Assembly (NCBI GenBank): GCA_002269645.1
Contig: NIVC01003705.1
Span: forward strand, 1 to 34,474
Direction: 5' to 3'
Length of the DNA: 34,474 nucleotides
DNA from: Macrostomum lignano
Taxonomy: Eukaryota
Shown: piece after piece, positions 1 through 12,134 of the stretch
How the letters are laid out: the number at the start of each line of letters is the position of its first letter
Numbering within the stretch: position 1 is the first letter of the stretch
Notes under the pieces: generated by a model
Database searches by the model: none
Told to the model about the DNA's origin: nothing
The model's input: the letters and a program-made list of their open reading frames with translations, nothing else
Made by a program: the position numbers and the translations under genes

Positions 1-160
1 TAGTCAACAGCATCTTCGGCGTCAGTTGAGGAGCTCAGCTGTACGAAGCCAAAGCCGTCACGCAGCAGGATATCCTCCAGCGGCCGTAGCGATGGAAAAA
101 CTTAGCAATATCGCGCTTGGTTGCGCGCGACGACAAGTTGCCAATATAAATGCGGCGCAT
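1..160 (-). pseudogene. 5' part of an SR splicing factor gene (SRSF4/5/6, B52-like RRM1) with a 1-nt frameshift; pseudogene or assembly indel; runs off the window edge
   Basis: ATG at 160-158 gives MRRIYIGNLSSRATKRDIAKFFHRYGR. From 80 the adjacent frame continues LEDILLRDGFGFVQLSSSTDAEDAVD. This matches RNP2 (IYIGNL), RNP1 (GFGFVQ) and the DAEDAV helix of SRSF4/5/6. The unshifted frame stops at TGA 37-35. Not in the ORF track. Confidence 0.8.
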
Positions 161-3100
161 AGCTGCTGGTTGGCTGGCACAAGCACAGCAAATTGATTAA
201 TAAAACTTTTGTATCACTTAATAGTAGAGATCCACTGACTGTAGGTACGGATATGGCTACAGGAATGTATATCTAAATCCCATATTTAGTAATATTGGGC
301 ACTCAATAACTGAGACTTAATGAGTGATAGGTTAAACTATTGCAAGTATTCTTTACTTCCTCACTGTACAATAGGATGCATAATTTATGCACAATATCAT
401 ATAGGCAGACAGGCACAAACATATCAATCAGTCAGAGTAATCTTTTCTTATGTATCCCTATTGAAAAATATGCCATTTTGCGATTGTCTAATTGCTGCAC
501 TTTTCAGATAGACCCCTTTGGTGGTATGGCAAAAAGGAATGGTTTGTGAGAACACATTGTAGCCTGGAAAACTTCAAAGGAGCTTAATATTAATACTATG
601 AAATATAAAAAAGCCAATGCTGCATATTATATATATGCAAAAGTGAAAAATTGATAGTGTCTTCACTTTTCAACTTTTAACCATAAGTTTAGAACCAAGG
701 ACTAAGAGTAAAAGCAATACTCCCAAAAATGCATAGCTCTAGCCCTGGTTAGCTAGTTGTTTGGAATATATGACTTAGAAAAGTACTTTAATAAGAGTCC
801 TATGACTTGCCTATGCTGGTTTTTTTTACAAATAAATAACTTTGCAATGCAATTACACACAATAAAAGCAATTATGAACAAGAGAAAACAGAATAAATCT
901 CTCATACATTTGTCACACTTCTTTCAATAGGTTAGCTTTGTTGCCCTTTGTTAGTAAGCAACTTTTAATATATTAAATTATAGCTTATGTAATAAGAAGA
1001 AGCAATTAAAAATATTGATTATAATGATAAGAGCAAAAATGTTTTTTTTATATATTTTTCCTATATATTTTAGGCCCAAAGCTGACTTATTTGGTATTTT
1101 TGCTAAGTTTTAGGCTATTCTGGCTATATTAGATTTATTGTTATCAATAGATAATAGATAAAAAGCTAAAAAGACATTGGATATATCAAAGGCATAATTG
1201 CTCTCACTGAAATTATCCCACTGCTGCAACCAAGTTGTCAAAGGGCTGATTCTTCTGTCTCTTCAGATGATTCCATAGCTGTTACTAAAGTTGTCAAAGG
1301 GCTAAACTCCTGTTTTTATAAATGTTGGTAGTTGCCACCAAGACTATTCTATTAATAAATTATGAGATTATTAATCTTAGAATAAGTATAAGAATTTTTA
1401 TTAGAATAGGTCTAAGTATTTTGTCTGCGTATTTAGTCTGAGTATTATTCTTAGAAAACTGTTAGCCCTGAAAGATTTTACTCCTCTGTTATTCTGGTAG
1501 CATTCTGTTATTCTGGTAGCATTCTATTTAATAATTTGGCCTGAGTGGTATTTTGGCTTACTGGTATATGTATTTCATGAAGTTTGCAAGTCCTTGGGTG
1601 TTACCGAGATCAGAGGGTCACAGCCTCCAGTTATTCTTACACGTATCACTTTAGATCTACTTTGTATTCTCTTACTACTCAATACTGCTGCTTCTCAATA
1701 GTATGTACTGTATATGCTTCAGTCTATTTCACTCTTACTTCGTAAAAGGAATTTACATAGAAAACACTTCTTTGATTCTTATTTTCTCAGAACTCTTACT
1801 ATTCGCTATCAATCACTTATTGCAGAACCGCAATACGCAAGGTTGGTCTCTCCTCTGCCAAAAATGCTTCTATTTATACTAAAATTTGCTACAGTTTTAA
1901 ACAAAAATTTGTTAGCGCAAAATATTATAGAAAATACAAGTATTAAAACAAAATATGTTTCTTAGTTTTGGCGTGAATTCAAATTGACTAAACGGTGACT
2001 ATTATATAAAGAAATCGGGAGGGGCCCTGCACAGATATTGAAATTAGAAAATATATATTAATAGTATTAGTAAAAAGCAAAGTTTTAAGCAAAAATGAGC
2101 AAGATATACAAATAGGCAAAAACATAAATAAAAAGTTGAAGTTTTAAATAATTAAAACATAATAAAAATCTATTTTTGGTTACTTGACTAATTTTTAAAA
2201 GTAAGGTATATTTAGTCTCTATTGTCATTAAAATAAGTTTCAAAACTAGTAGTAAATATCAGCAGCTCTCAACCTTTTTAGGCAGCCCTAATTTAATTTA
2301 TTCATTTGCATTATTTTTTTAACATTTGCAACCTCTTTTATAATCAATATAATGCATCATTAAGTTTTTTGTCTATCATTTCTTAGAGCTGCGACCCCCA
2401 GAAAATAAGTCACACAACCCCACTGGGAGTCACAACACAACCTATAGGCCATAGTCTTGTAGATGCACCAGCTGCTTGGGAACATTTTGTGGCTGCCATA
2501 GAAGTTGCTTGCAGTGCATAGCCAGCAATTATGCTTTACACATGGGCCTATAAGGCATTGCGACAATAAAGGACCTTTTTTGCAACTGCATCAATAAAGT
2601 TGAAATCAATAAAATCAATCAATTTGCTATTGCAACACTATATGCAATATAATGGATTCTTCAAATTATCTATTTTCAAAAAAATATGACATTATATGTA
2701 TACCATAGTCCGGAAGGTGACCTTTATGCCAAATTTTCTGGCATATTTTTGTTCTCGCTGACAATCTTGGCATACACTTGGCGTATAGAATTTTCAGGTT
2801 TGACATGAAGTGTACATAGTTAGCGTACAAAAAATAGCCAAGTTCAAGGCTAATGTAATTGTGTAGTTAAATATCAACCAATGTCAAAATCTCTTCAGCC
2901 GTTTCAATGTTAAGTAAAAGTTTTGAATTCCTAAAAATATATATGCTTTGAAAAAATGGCATATAAATAATTTTAGTCTTGGCACATTTTTTTATTTTAC
3001 ATCAGCGTAAAATTGAAAAAACATGAATTTTCATTCCAGTGTATGCCTGCCATGATCCGGACTATGGCATGTATATCTATTATATTGTTTTGCAAGAGTG

Positions 3101-3463
3101 AGATGCTGTGGTTTAATTTTTTGTTATTCTCTGTTTGCATTAATAGTGTCGTCTGTTGCCCTATCTGTTGCCCCATCCCTTGCCATTCTGCCCCATCTGC
3201 TGCCCTATCCCTCGCTGGACGGCATAGTTTTACTTTTATAAGGCTAATTTAAGCCACCAATTTTCTTCCTATGCTTTGCTCTTGCTTTCCTTCTCTTACT
3301 TGCTCCCGCTTGCTTATCTACTTTCTTTGTGTGCTTTTATTAAATTGTTTAGTGTCATTGACTAAATAGTTGTCGTTGGCACCCGGCTCCACCGTGATCT
3401 CTTATTTGTAACAATAAAAATAAAAATAATAATAATTGCCTGCTATTAATTATTAAGTTCATT

Positions 3464-3722
3464 GGGCCTTTTCATATTACCAATTCCAGAACCAGAATCG
3501 GTTCGGAATTCCAAGAAAAACAGCAGTATAACTATTAAACTCTGTTAATATTTGACTGCCTTAACAACCTAACTTAGCACAATTTTTCACTTTCTTCTTC
3601 GCGATTGTCATTCAATAATAAAAAATTATAGCACGTATCTCCCTCTAGTTATGGAGACAAAAAGTTATACTTCACAAATTGGTTCTGGTTCTGGAACCAG
3701 AGCAAGCAATATGAAAAGGCCC
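3464..3722. mobile_element. 259-bp MITE, PIF/Harbinger-like
   Basis: Perfect 15-bp TIRs GGGCCTTTTCATATT (3464-3478 / 3708-3722). 3-bp TSD ATT (3461-3463, 3723-3725). Subterminal inverted repeat TTCCAGAACCAGAA (3484-3497 / 3683-3696). No ORF. Confidence 0.8.
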
Positions 3723-4730
3723 ATTAATTAAACAAAGCCCTTAACAGTTTAACTTGAGTTATTTGCCTGTAAGGCATTAAACAACAGAATTAATCTCAAC
3801 TCCAAATGAGCTCTGAGATCTCTACATTCCGTAATACGAAATTACAGTGGTGGCAGCGCTACTCTATTGACAGTAATCAGTTCAGAAACTCAGAAAGAAA
3901 ATTATGGTATCTAGACTATTGAGTCTAAAGTCTGAATGACTATGCCTGCATAAGACTGCTCAACTACAATTACAACTACCCTCCCCCTGGAATTGAGGAC
4001 CTAGCTGTTGGAGTAAAACAGGAGGAAATAACGCATTGTGATTTGTCTGCACACAATTTCCAGATTTATTTGTGCAAACTCAATGCCAATAGCATTTCAA
4101 CGTGGAATCCACCCCACCCCATTAGTGATAGCAACAAATTATAATTCAACCCACTTCCAAAAAAAACTTCCTCTGCCCCACTTCAAATGACTAGGGCCTA
4201 CATAAATTAAAAAATAAAAAATTTTTCTTTTCAATTTTTATATGATCTACAGCATTCAAGCTAAGCTTAAGTAATCAGTCATGACTGCAAATTTTGCGAT
4301 GCTATTCTATTAATAAATTGGCATTTTATCTGTCTCTTTGTCTCTCAAAGAGTATTTGTAGGAAAATAAGAAATTGTCATTAGTCGTTAAATTAAAATTA
4401 AATGACCTCTTTTTAGAAAACATGTTCCAAGTCATTGAAAATTGGGAAACAGATTTTTTAAAATGTACAATATTAAGTCATTACGAGTATAAATTGTATC
4501 TAGTATATCATACATGAATCTAGCATACTTAGTATTAAAATATCAATTTAAACATCTAATCAATCGATCCATGTATGAAAAGATCCTAAATCTCGACAAT
4601 AACAACGGTTGTCGCTCGTCAGTTGATGCCATTCCTTTTGAAATATAATTAATTACTACTTTACTAGTTACTAATATTTTCAGTATTTTACCTTAATAGT
4701 TATTTAACCAGAACAGAATCATTTAAAAAC

Positions 4731-4930
4731 TAGCCAGCTAACGTGCCTGCGGGCGCCCATTTGATTGTATGGGAGCGCGCTTTGGGCCCTCTAGCCGGGA
4801 GAAGCGAGAGCTCGAGAGCGCGCTTTCCTGCCGGTTAGCCCGATGATTTTGTAAGCTTTTGGCCCGGCTAGCCGGTTGTCGTCGGGTGGCGGGCGGGGCC
4901 CGGCGGCGCGACAAAAAAAGGGGCTGGCTA
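4731..4930. mobile_element. GC-rich palindromic 200-bp insert, probable MITE or TE end fragment, class uncertain
   Basis: Sharp GC-rich island in AT-rich DNA bounded by inverted TAGCCAGC (4731-4738) / GCTGGCTA (4923-4930). Internal repeated CTAGCCGG and GAGCGCGCT motifs. Confidence 0.35.
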
Positions 4931-5585
4931 AGTAAACGCAAGAAAGTCATGTTTAAAACTCAATAAAAAATTAACAGAATGCTATTATCAATTATCTCAC
5001 TGCAAATATTTTAGAATCTACATCTTATCATCTTATCATACCTTTTAACTGTCGATAGAAATCTTATTTAGTAAACTGTATTTGTTAAAACATTTGTATT
5101 TTCTCAAAAATAGAACACCGGCTGTGGTTAATTATAAATATCACATTTTTAAAAACTGCACTTGTAAAATTCTATTTGTATGGTTATGCGAATGCCAACC
5201 TGGACAACCGAAACCAGTTTTGTTACGACTTGAATTTAGTCCGGCTGGTCGACAAATCTTGAATATCTTATGAAAAATTCATTACCTCGACTCCAAAAAA
5301 AAATTGTCGGCATTCAAACGTCACAAGGGTATCTGGTCCATGACTGGAACAGATCTTGCAGCTGCTGTCTTGCAACTCTGTGCTTGAGCAGCTCTACTTG
5401 TGGCTTTCTTCTGAGTGAGCATAGAAGTACTATGTGGTGCGTATTTCTATGGCTAAGGGTATGCAAACAAATGCATGCTGCTTACAGCAGGAAGCACTTA
5501 TAAAAATCGGACTTTCATGGTATGAAAGTTAAAATAAGCCGCTGACTTTTAAGGCATATGATTTTTTAACACACATTAATATTTA

Positions 5586-6199
5586 CCTTTCAAGCTCGAC
5601 TTTGGCAAAAGTGACAATTCAATTTTGGCAGCCCATAGAAAAAGCATAAGCCTGCCAGCAACATGTCTATGGTCAACTGTGGTAGAATCGGTTAGAGCGT
5701 GCATTCAACCAGGCTGATTGCCTGCACCGACACGCCAGGTGCGCCTGGAAGTTCGGCTTCCATCTTCTCCTTTATCTCCCTCAACCTTATGGTGGGCTTC
5801 TCTTCAACAAACCGAGTCACAGCATTTAACATTGGTGGTGTAAATTTTGGCCTCACGGCTTCCTCCTCGTTGCTTCAGCGCAACGCGATCTTCAGTGACA
5901 AACCTGTGGATAATTGTGTCGGCCGTGGTTCTCTTTATGTCGAGGTCCTTCGCCAGTCGTCTCCAGTCTCTTCCTTCTTGGTAGCTGCGCACCAGCCGTT
6001 CTCGATCCTGCAGCGATATACGCGCGTTCGGCATCTTGTTCGGTTGAGTTGCCAAAATTCGCTCACTTTTGCCAAAGTTGAATGCACGCTCTAACCGATT
6101 CTACCACAGTTGACCATAGACATGTTGCTGGCAGGCGTATGCTTTTTCTATGGGCTGCCAAAATTGAAGTCACTTTTGCCAAAGTCCAGCTTGAAAAGG
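5586..6199 (-). mobile_element. Internally deleted Tc1/mariner-IS630 element with long TIRs and TA TSD
   Basis: TIRs of about 124 bp (5586-5709 / 6077-6199) with about 4 differences. TA at 5584-5585 and 6200-6201. The motif TCACTTTTGCCAAAGT occurs twice at the right end (about 6063 and 6170), an IR/DR-like organisation. Confidence 0.88.
5714..6034 (-). pseudogene. Transposase N-terminal bipartite HTH DNA-binding region; frameshifted; catalytic DDE domain deleted
   Basis: MPNARISLQDRERLVRSYQEGRDWRRLAKDLDIKRTTADTIIHRFVTEDRVALKQRGGSREA. After one extra base in the T-run at 5845-5848 it reads KFTPPMLNAVTRFVEEKPTIRLREIKEKMEAELPGAPGVSVQAIS, then runs into the TIR. Confidence 0.8.
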
Positions 6200-9100
6200 T
6201 ATATATACTTGTGGAAGCAAGCAAAAGTGACACATACTTCTGGGACACCCCTCGTAGTATCTGGCGCTGCAGTAGTTGAGCAATATGTGTAGCATGCAGC
6301 ATATAATGTTCAAAAGTCTTCAATTTTTACATACCCAAAAGTATAGGTAGGTCCGTGTGTATCCGTGTGCTCGTATCCCTTGCGTTTCACTTTCGAAATG
6401 ACTTTTACGTACGCGTATGAGGTACTACGCTTATATATGCCTGTAAAAGTACAACGATGTGCTATGGAGTAAGCCTTTCAGTTAAGCGAAACCGAACGCA
6501 AGCGAGCATAATTACTAAATATTTAATACTATAGTTACTGTACCCGTGTTTTCTTTACCCATATGTCTCACATCCGTCAGCGGCCGGGTTCATTAAAAAT
6601 TGAATGGCTTGCAGCGCAAAAATGGGATCGAATTTCACACAGCCCATTATATGGTCGTATTTTTGCGGTGATTAACTAAGATAGAACCGGGCCGTACGTG
6701 CTGACAGCTGCATCATTTTCTAAACTGGCGTGAATTACAAGCTGGTGCCCATTACGTGCATCATAGGTCTCATTACTTGCATTCCGTTACTTCGACGCCC
6801 TCCTGCGAATTAACAAAATGCTTTGTTTGCACAGAAGTACACCCAAGCCTATATGGTGATACATATGCTTTACGTCTTTACGTTTACTCATCTTACGCTG
6901 TGGTGATGCGCGAAGGCCATTAATTCTATTCAAGTGTAAATATTTATTCGATTGAGGCGAATTTTCTATCCAATCTACGTAATTACCCCAGATTGTATCC
7001 ACGAACTGACTGGCTGAGTCAATTCTGGAAGCTGAGGCTTATTGAAGCAGCGATGGACGATCTATTATTGATCATTTTTAGAAGCGAACACAGAATTCAG
7101 AGCTGTGTTTGCAATAGCATTTTGCATGTTTTATAATTTGATGCTTCGTTGGAGATGCCTTTCTTTGGAATTATTTTCGGTTGTCATGCACGCATCTCGG
7201 ATGATTGAAGTGGCACTCGGACGCACTCCATTTTTTCGGCTTCACAATTCTATTTCGCTAATGTAATTTGACAATTTATATGTAATTTAGTCAATGGCGA
7301 ATACATGTAAACGGTGTAATCTCATAAAAAAACTAGAATTTGCGTCATGAAACAATAATACTGGGAGATAATTCCCTATTTGCGCATATCATCTCGGGAT
7401 TTTGCAAAATGTAAATAACTCTAAAATTGATTGCATGCATGTAGTCGTCCATATTGAGACCCAATGCAGTCCGCATGCAGTATATATAGGCAGCTGCATA
7501 AGAGTATCTATACATAGGCATATTATATAAGCTTCGTAATCCCTTTTCTCTTCATTAGTTCTATCCGGTTTGCAGAGAAAATGTGACGAGACCTATTCTA
7601 TTTCCATTCCCTTGTCTGTCTGCCTCTTGAAAGGCCCTCCTCTCTATCTGTCTGGATTATATTTCGCGTGGCCTAAACACATTCCCCCAGCATTTACGCG
7701 TGTGGAGTCACCTGGGCGCGTGTTCGCCTCGCTTATTCGCAGCTTATACTCGTAATAGCTTAGATTCTGCTGCAGCATGGGGCTGCAATAGCCGCCCGCC
7801 CGCTCAGAGCGACAGTCTACATCAAGCCCCGGCTGAAATATTGATTGCAAACATCTTAATCAACAAACAACGCATCCTTCTCCGATCTGAGCTGCGTGCC
7901 CAGCCCAAATTTTATGTGTATTGATTCCACGCATCCCTCACTAGGCTAGGCTTCAAATCTTCCTTTGTCAACGTTGAGAATCCATATACAGATCTGTTTA
8001 TGCTTAGCCAAATTTGGCAAAGTTTAAAGAAGTACGCGTATGTACTGCTCATCACCGATGCTTCTGGGCTTCCATGGGAAAACACGGGAGAAGCGGACCC
8101 TTAAATAGACGAATATCCATAGACGAATAGACGAAGAGTCCAGCATTTTTAGGTAAAACCCGCCCCCGCAATCTGCAGCTGGTTTACTAGAAAATTCAAA
8201 TATGGCTCGCCTTTTGGGAGCCAGCAGATGGTCTCAGCGGACTAAAGTGATTCAACGAGTCCTAACCTTCTGTTATTTTCCCGTTCGCAGCAAAATCTAA
8301 TGCAAATTTGCTTTTGCGGAAGTTACATTTCCTGTTCTGCCCCCGATCTAGATAGAGGGACTGGCCAGGGAATACTCTACATAGAGTAGAATATTCCCTG
8401 GACTGGCTAGTGCTTTAGAGGCCTGGCTGCTGGTCAATATCCTGCGGGAGCACGGACCGCGCACGATTCGTCCACAGTTTAACTATCGGATTGTTACTGC
8501 GCCCTCAATCCATCAGCGCAACCGAACCGTATAGTGGAACTGCATTGATGAGTCAGAGACTGCAGTAAACCTGCAGTGACAATCCGGTCAAACAGACCTG
8601 AACAGAACCTGATGCTGATCGATTTGTGGCCGGCAGCACTTCAGATAGACAGCAGCCATATACTCGTACGTTATTTACAACCACGAAGGCATTTATACTG
8701 TATATTTGCGAAGGAAGATTGGCTTCACGCGAATCGAAAAACGGTATTTACTGCGCGAACTTTGACGCACACAGTTTGCGCGTAATTCCTATTTGCGAAA
8801 CAAAAAACCTCAATATTAGCATCAGCATTGGTGGTGTGTACTCGGCAAATATAGGTATTCGCAAGAGAGAGTTAATCAGCATAGTTCAAATACAAAAGAC
8901 ATGCTAACAGATAGAGGCAGGGGATCATCAGTAACCTGTAGAGGGAGCACATGCAGAGAGAAATCAAATTTGGACTAACGAGCCAAATGGGCTTCCTTTA
9001 TTTGACAGAGTCGCAAGATCTGACAAGCTGTAAGAATATTTACTTCAGTTTCAACCTAATAATCTGTCTCACGTCCACTAGTTTTTTTTACCAGAAACTA

Positions 9101-9465
9101 AAAGCATATAGCAGTTTTGCAATTAGTAACATTTTGGTCCTAAACTCTCACCATTACCACGAGGGGTATGCAGAGTAACAATTACCCGTAAAGACAAGTC
9201 AGGACCGCCTGTACATCCTGTGAGAGTGTGTGCCTGTCGTACTTATCTGTGCGTTTGCGTGCTCAGGGCAAGGACTACTTACTTAAACAATACTTAAGTC
9301 GTCGATCCGATTGGCTCAGAGTTCATCAGAACTAACTATACCACCATAGCAACACGGTCTCTGGACTCTGGTAGACAAGTGAATCCGTTTCAATTGAAAG
9401 TATTGGTTAAATTGGCCCAAGTAAAACAGCACAGTAACAGGCAGTAGAAACATTTCGGTGAAAAA

Positions 9466-9873
9466 TCAGTCGCCAAAACCTCCGTCACCGCCGCCGCCGC
9501 CGCCGCCGCCAACTCCGTCGTGCAGGCCTCCGAACATGGCCTGATCCAAGTCCATCTCGGCCGCAGCGTCGTCATCTTTGATGGCCTCGGCGCGGGAGAA
9601 CAGGCCGTAGGCCAGGAAGCCCATCGCCAGAAGGCACATCGCGCTCAGACTGACTATGAGAACAAATGCCGATCGGTATCTGGACGCAGATGGTGGATGA
9701 TTGTGCTCGTCAATTTCGCTGTCTCCGACGCCGTCGACACTCCAGTTGCCTGACGCATTCAGGGTCGAATTGATGGACTCGACACCGGCAGCAGCCAGAG
9801 CTCTCTGCCATCTGTGCAGGCAGGTCAAGCAGCAGCCAGCAAGACCAACTGCACGAAATGATGCAAATTTCAT
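9466..9873 (-). CDS. Probable small single-pass (type I) membrane glycoprotein, 135 aa; may be one exon of a larger gene
   Basis: GC-rich ATG-to-TGA ORF in AT-rich context. Putative N-terminal signal segment, three N-glycosylation sequons (NST, NAS, NWS), hydrophobic helix AFVLIVSLSAMCLLAMGFLAYGLF, acidic and poly-Gly tail. Confidence 0.6.
   Translation of the reverse strand: MKFASFRAVGLAGCCLTCLHRWQRALAAAGVESINSTLNASGNWSVDGVGDSEIDEHNHPPSASRYRSAFVLIVSLSAMCLLAMGFLAYGLFSRAEAIKDDDAAAEMDLDQAMFGGLHDGVGGGGGGGGDGGFGD
9488..9510. repeat. (CCG)n microsatellite encoding the poly-Gly run
   Basis: About 7.7 CCG copies; the minus strand reads GGC repeats in frame with 9466..9873. Confidence 0.9.
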
Positions 9874-12134
9874 AAAGATGGAAACCTAAGCAGATTAGCG
9901 ATTCGCGTCCATAAGCTTCTAGATAGATAGCATTAAATGCCACTGTAATGTATAGCTTTTTGTGGACCAATCAGATTTTTTTCTACTTCAGTGGACGCCC
10001 ATTCGTTGTTTGCACGAATCAAGGCTGCAATTAATTGAATGCTACTCAAAGTAGCAAAGCTTTCTGTTCTATTACTAATACTCAAGAATGATGCAAAGAA
10101 AAATACAATGCGATAGAATAAATGCAAAAGTACAGCAGTCATTGTCTCATTCAGTTGCTTTGATCAAAAAGTAAGTTTATGGCAACAAGTTTATGTCTAA
10201 TGTACGATGGCTAGTATGGTCCAAAAGTATTGTCTATTCAAAACACAGCTACATATAGCTCGTACAGAATACTTTCTCTTTGACACTACGTGGGTTACTT
10301 GACTAAAGAAAGAAAGTCCATAAGCCAATCAGTTGAATGAAGAGAATAGTATTTGTACTTTAAAACTAGCTTTTGTGAGTGGTTGCGCAGAGACTGTTTC
10401 TTAATTTTCACGACTGCATGGTAAATTGAAGAATCAGAATCCGGAAACTTTGAAAACGAATGGCCAAAGAAATACTCTTTTGAATAGAAATTTGATCGAC
10501 ATGTAAGATTGATTCCATTTGTCGCGTGGATCATTTAATCCACAGCCATCAATATTTAACTCCGCTGAGCTGAATTGGGACTGTTTTGATTCGCCTAAGT
10601 TTCTCATTTATGCACATTGGATTGGAAATTCCAATCAAGGTCGATGTAAGTATCCAAAGAGAAATGTAACTCCAGCAATTTCCTGCATGGCTCTACCGAA
10701 ATGCCACTGTATTTGAGCGATCAGGTTTCCCCATTGGTCAGCTAATTGGGGGACAATGTATAGGCTATGTGACACCAAGGGGGCATTTAAAAAACTATCC
10801 CATTTTATACATATGATTGTTGTCTTTTACCTACAAAATATGGGCCAGTCGTATTATTGCTGATTATCTACCAAGAGTATATTGCATAGTATAAGCATGA
10901 ACACAGACATAGCACTGCCGTGTCACTTGTCATAAAAACTGTCAGTGTCACTAACTGCCTCATTTTTAATAATCAAAAACTGCAGACGAGGTCCCGTGGC
11001 ATCAAAACAAGGTGCAACCAAAGTCCAAGTCTCTCTCGGATCAAAATGGAAATTTCATGTCAACTTAAAATATTAGATTGGAACAAAAATATTTCACAGG
11101 ATTGCACGATTGGACAGAATTGCAAAGATCTCTCAGAACTTTTTCGTCGTCAGAAAACAGACCTGAAGATGCCAGTCCGGGTCGCTTTCACAAGACTAAA
11201 ATTTCACAACTTAGAAAACTTAATATAACGAGGACCACGCAAAATTTTCAGCGTTGAGAAATTTCGGTCTTATGAAACCCCTCCCGTCAGCCAAAATCCA
11301 ATGATCTTGTACTTCGACTATATTTAGCATAGTTAGCCACTAAGTGTCCAAACCACATCATGAAGCACTATTTAATTCTTTCCCAGAAACCGCTGACATT
11401 GTTGACAAAAATGTGTAGCTACAGAGTCAAAAAATCAAAAGCCACCATTTAAACTGATAGTACATTTGTCATGTCAAACTGACCGACGCCACCACAAAGA
11501 GGGTTAGAAAGTTGTGTCGCGTGTGGTCAAAAGCAACAGATAAGAGAAAGGTGGTCTCATAACCGTACGAAGTGAACTCAAGCAAAAAAAAACTGCAGAC
11601 TAACATCAAAAAATGCGTTTAGTTATATATCTATACTACTCTGAGCAATTGGCTCTAATTTTTACCGCGATATCTGCTGTATGCATTAAAATTCAAAGGC
11701 CAACAATCCTTGCCTACCGCAGGGTCATTGTTATCTTAAGAATAAAAAAGCTTTTGAAAAGAGCTTGCAAAGACACAAATAACTGTGCATAGAGCCCAGC
11801 AACTTGTACGGGAAGCTATGTTACGGTTAAACAGCGATCATGTACACTAAGCCAGATAGCAACAAGCAAAAAAACAGGAGTTTCACAGCTCGGCTGGGAC
11901 TGCCCGCTGATAAGACCACATAGAAGGCGTTCTTAGATAAGCTGTCCTTAGCGTTGCTGTTAGTCTCAAACACAAAAGCAGGGGAGTCTTCTTCAAAAGC
12001 AGATATAATACGCCAATCAATTTCTGTCCGGCAGTCTTGAAAATCTTTCGCTAAGCACTGAGAAAATTGGAGGTCAGAAGTATAGCAGTCGCGAGCTGTT
12101 TTCCAACGAAGTTCAAGTATTATAGTCTAAAACA

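Noticed and set aside
1232-1527. Short direct repeats (AAGTTGTCAAAGGGCT twice; TTATTCTGGTAGCATTCT twice) in a degraded AT-rich tract
   Set aside because: Probably decayed TE sequence; no assignable motif.
2260-2450. Possible hAT/Charlie-type MITE remnant (CAGCAGCTCTCAACCTTTTT; GCGACCCC)
   Set aside because: Only one plausible end; no matching TIR or TSD found.
2600-2920. Fragment faintly resembling the Helitron 5' block (CAAAAT..TTCAGCCGTTTC)
   Set aside because: Similarity is too weak and no termini were found.
6700-9000. Moderately GC-rich patches and short ORFs that could be exons or TE fragments
   Set aside because: No recognisable domain in the frames I translated; needs homology search or RNA-seq.
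9342-9353. RFX X-box-like half site CCATAGCAAC
   Set aside because: Only a half site; expected by chance in 34 kb.
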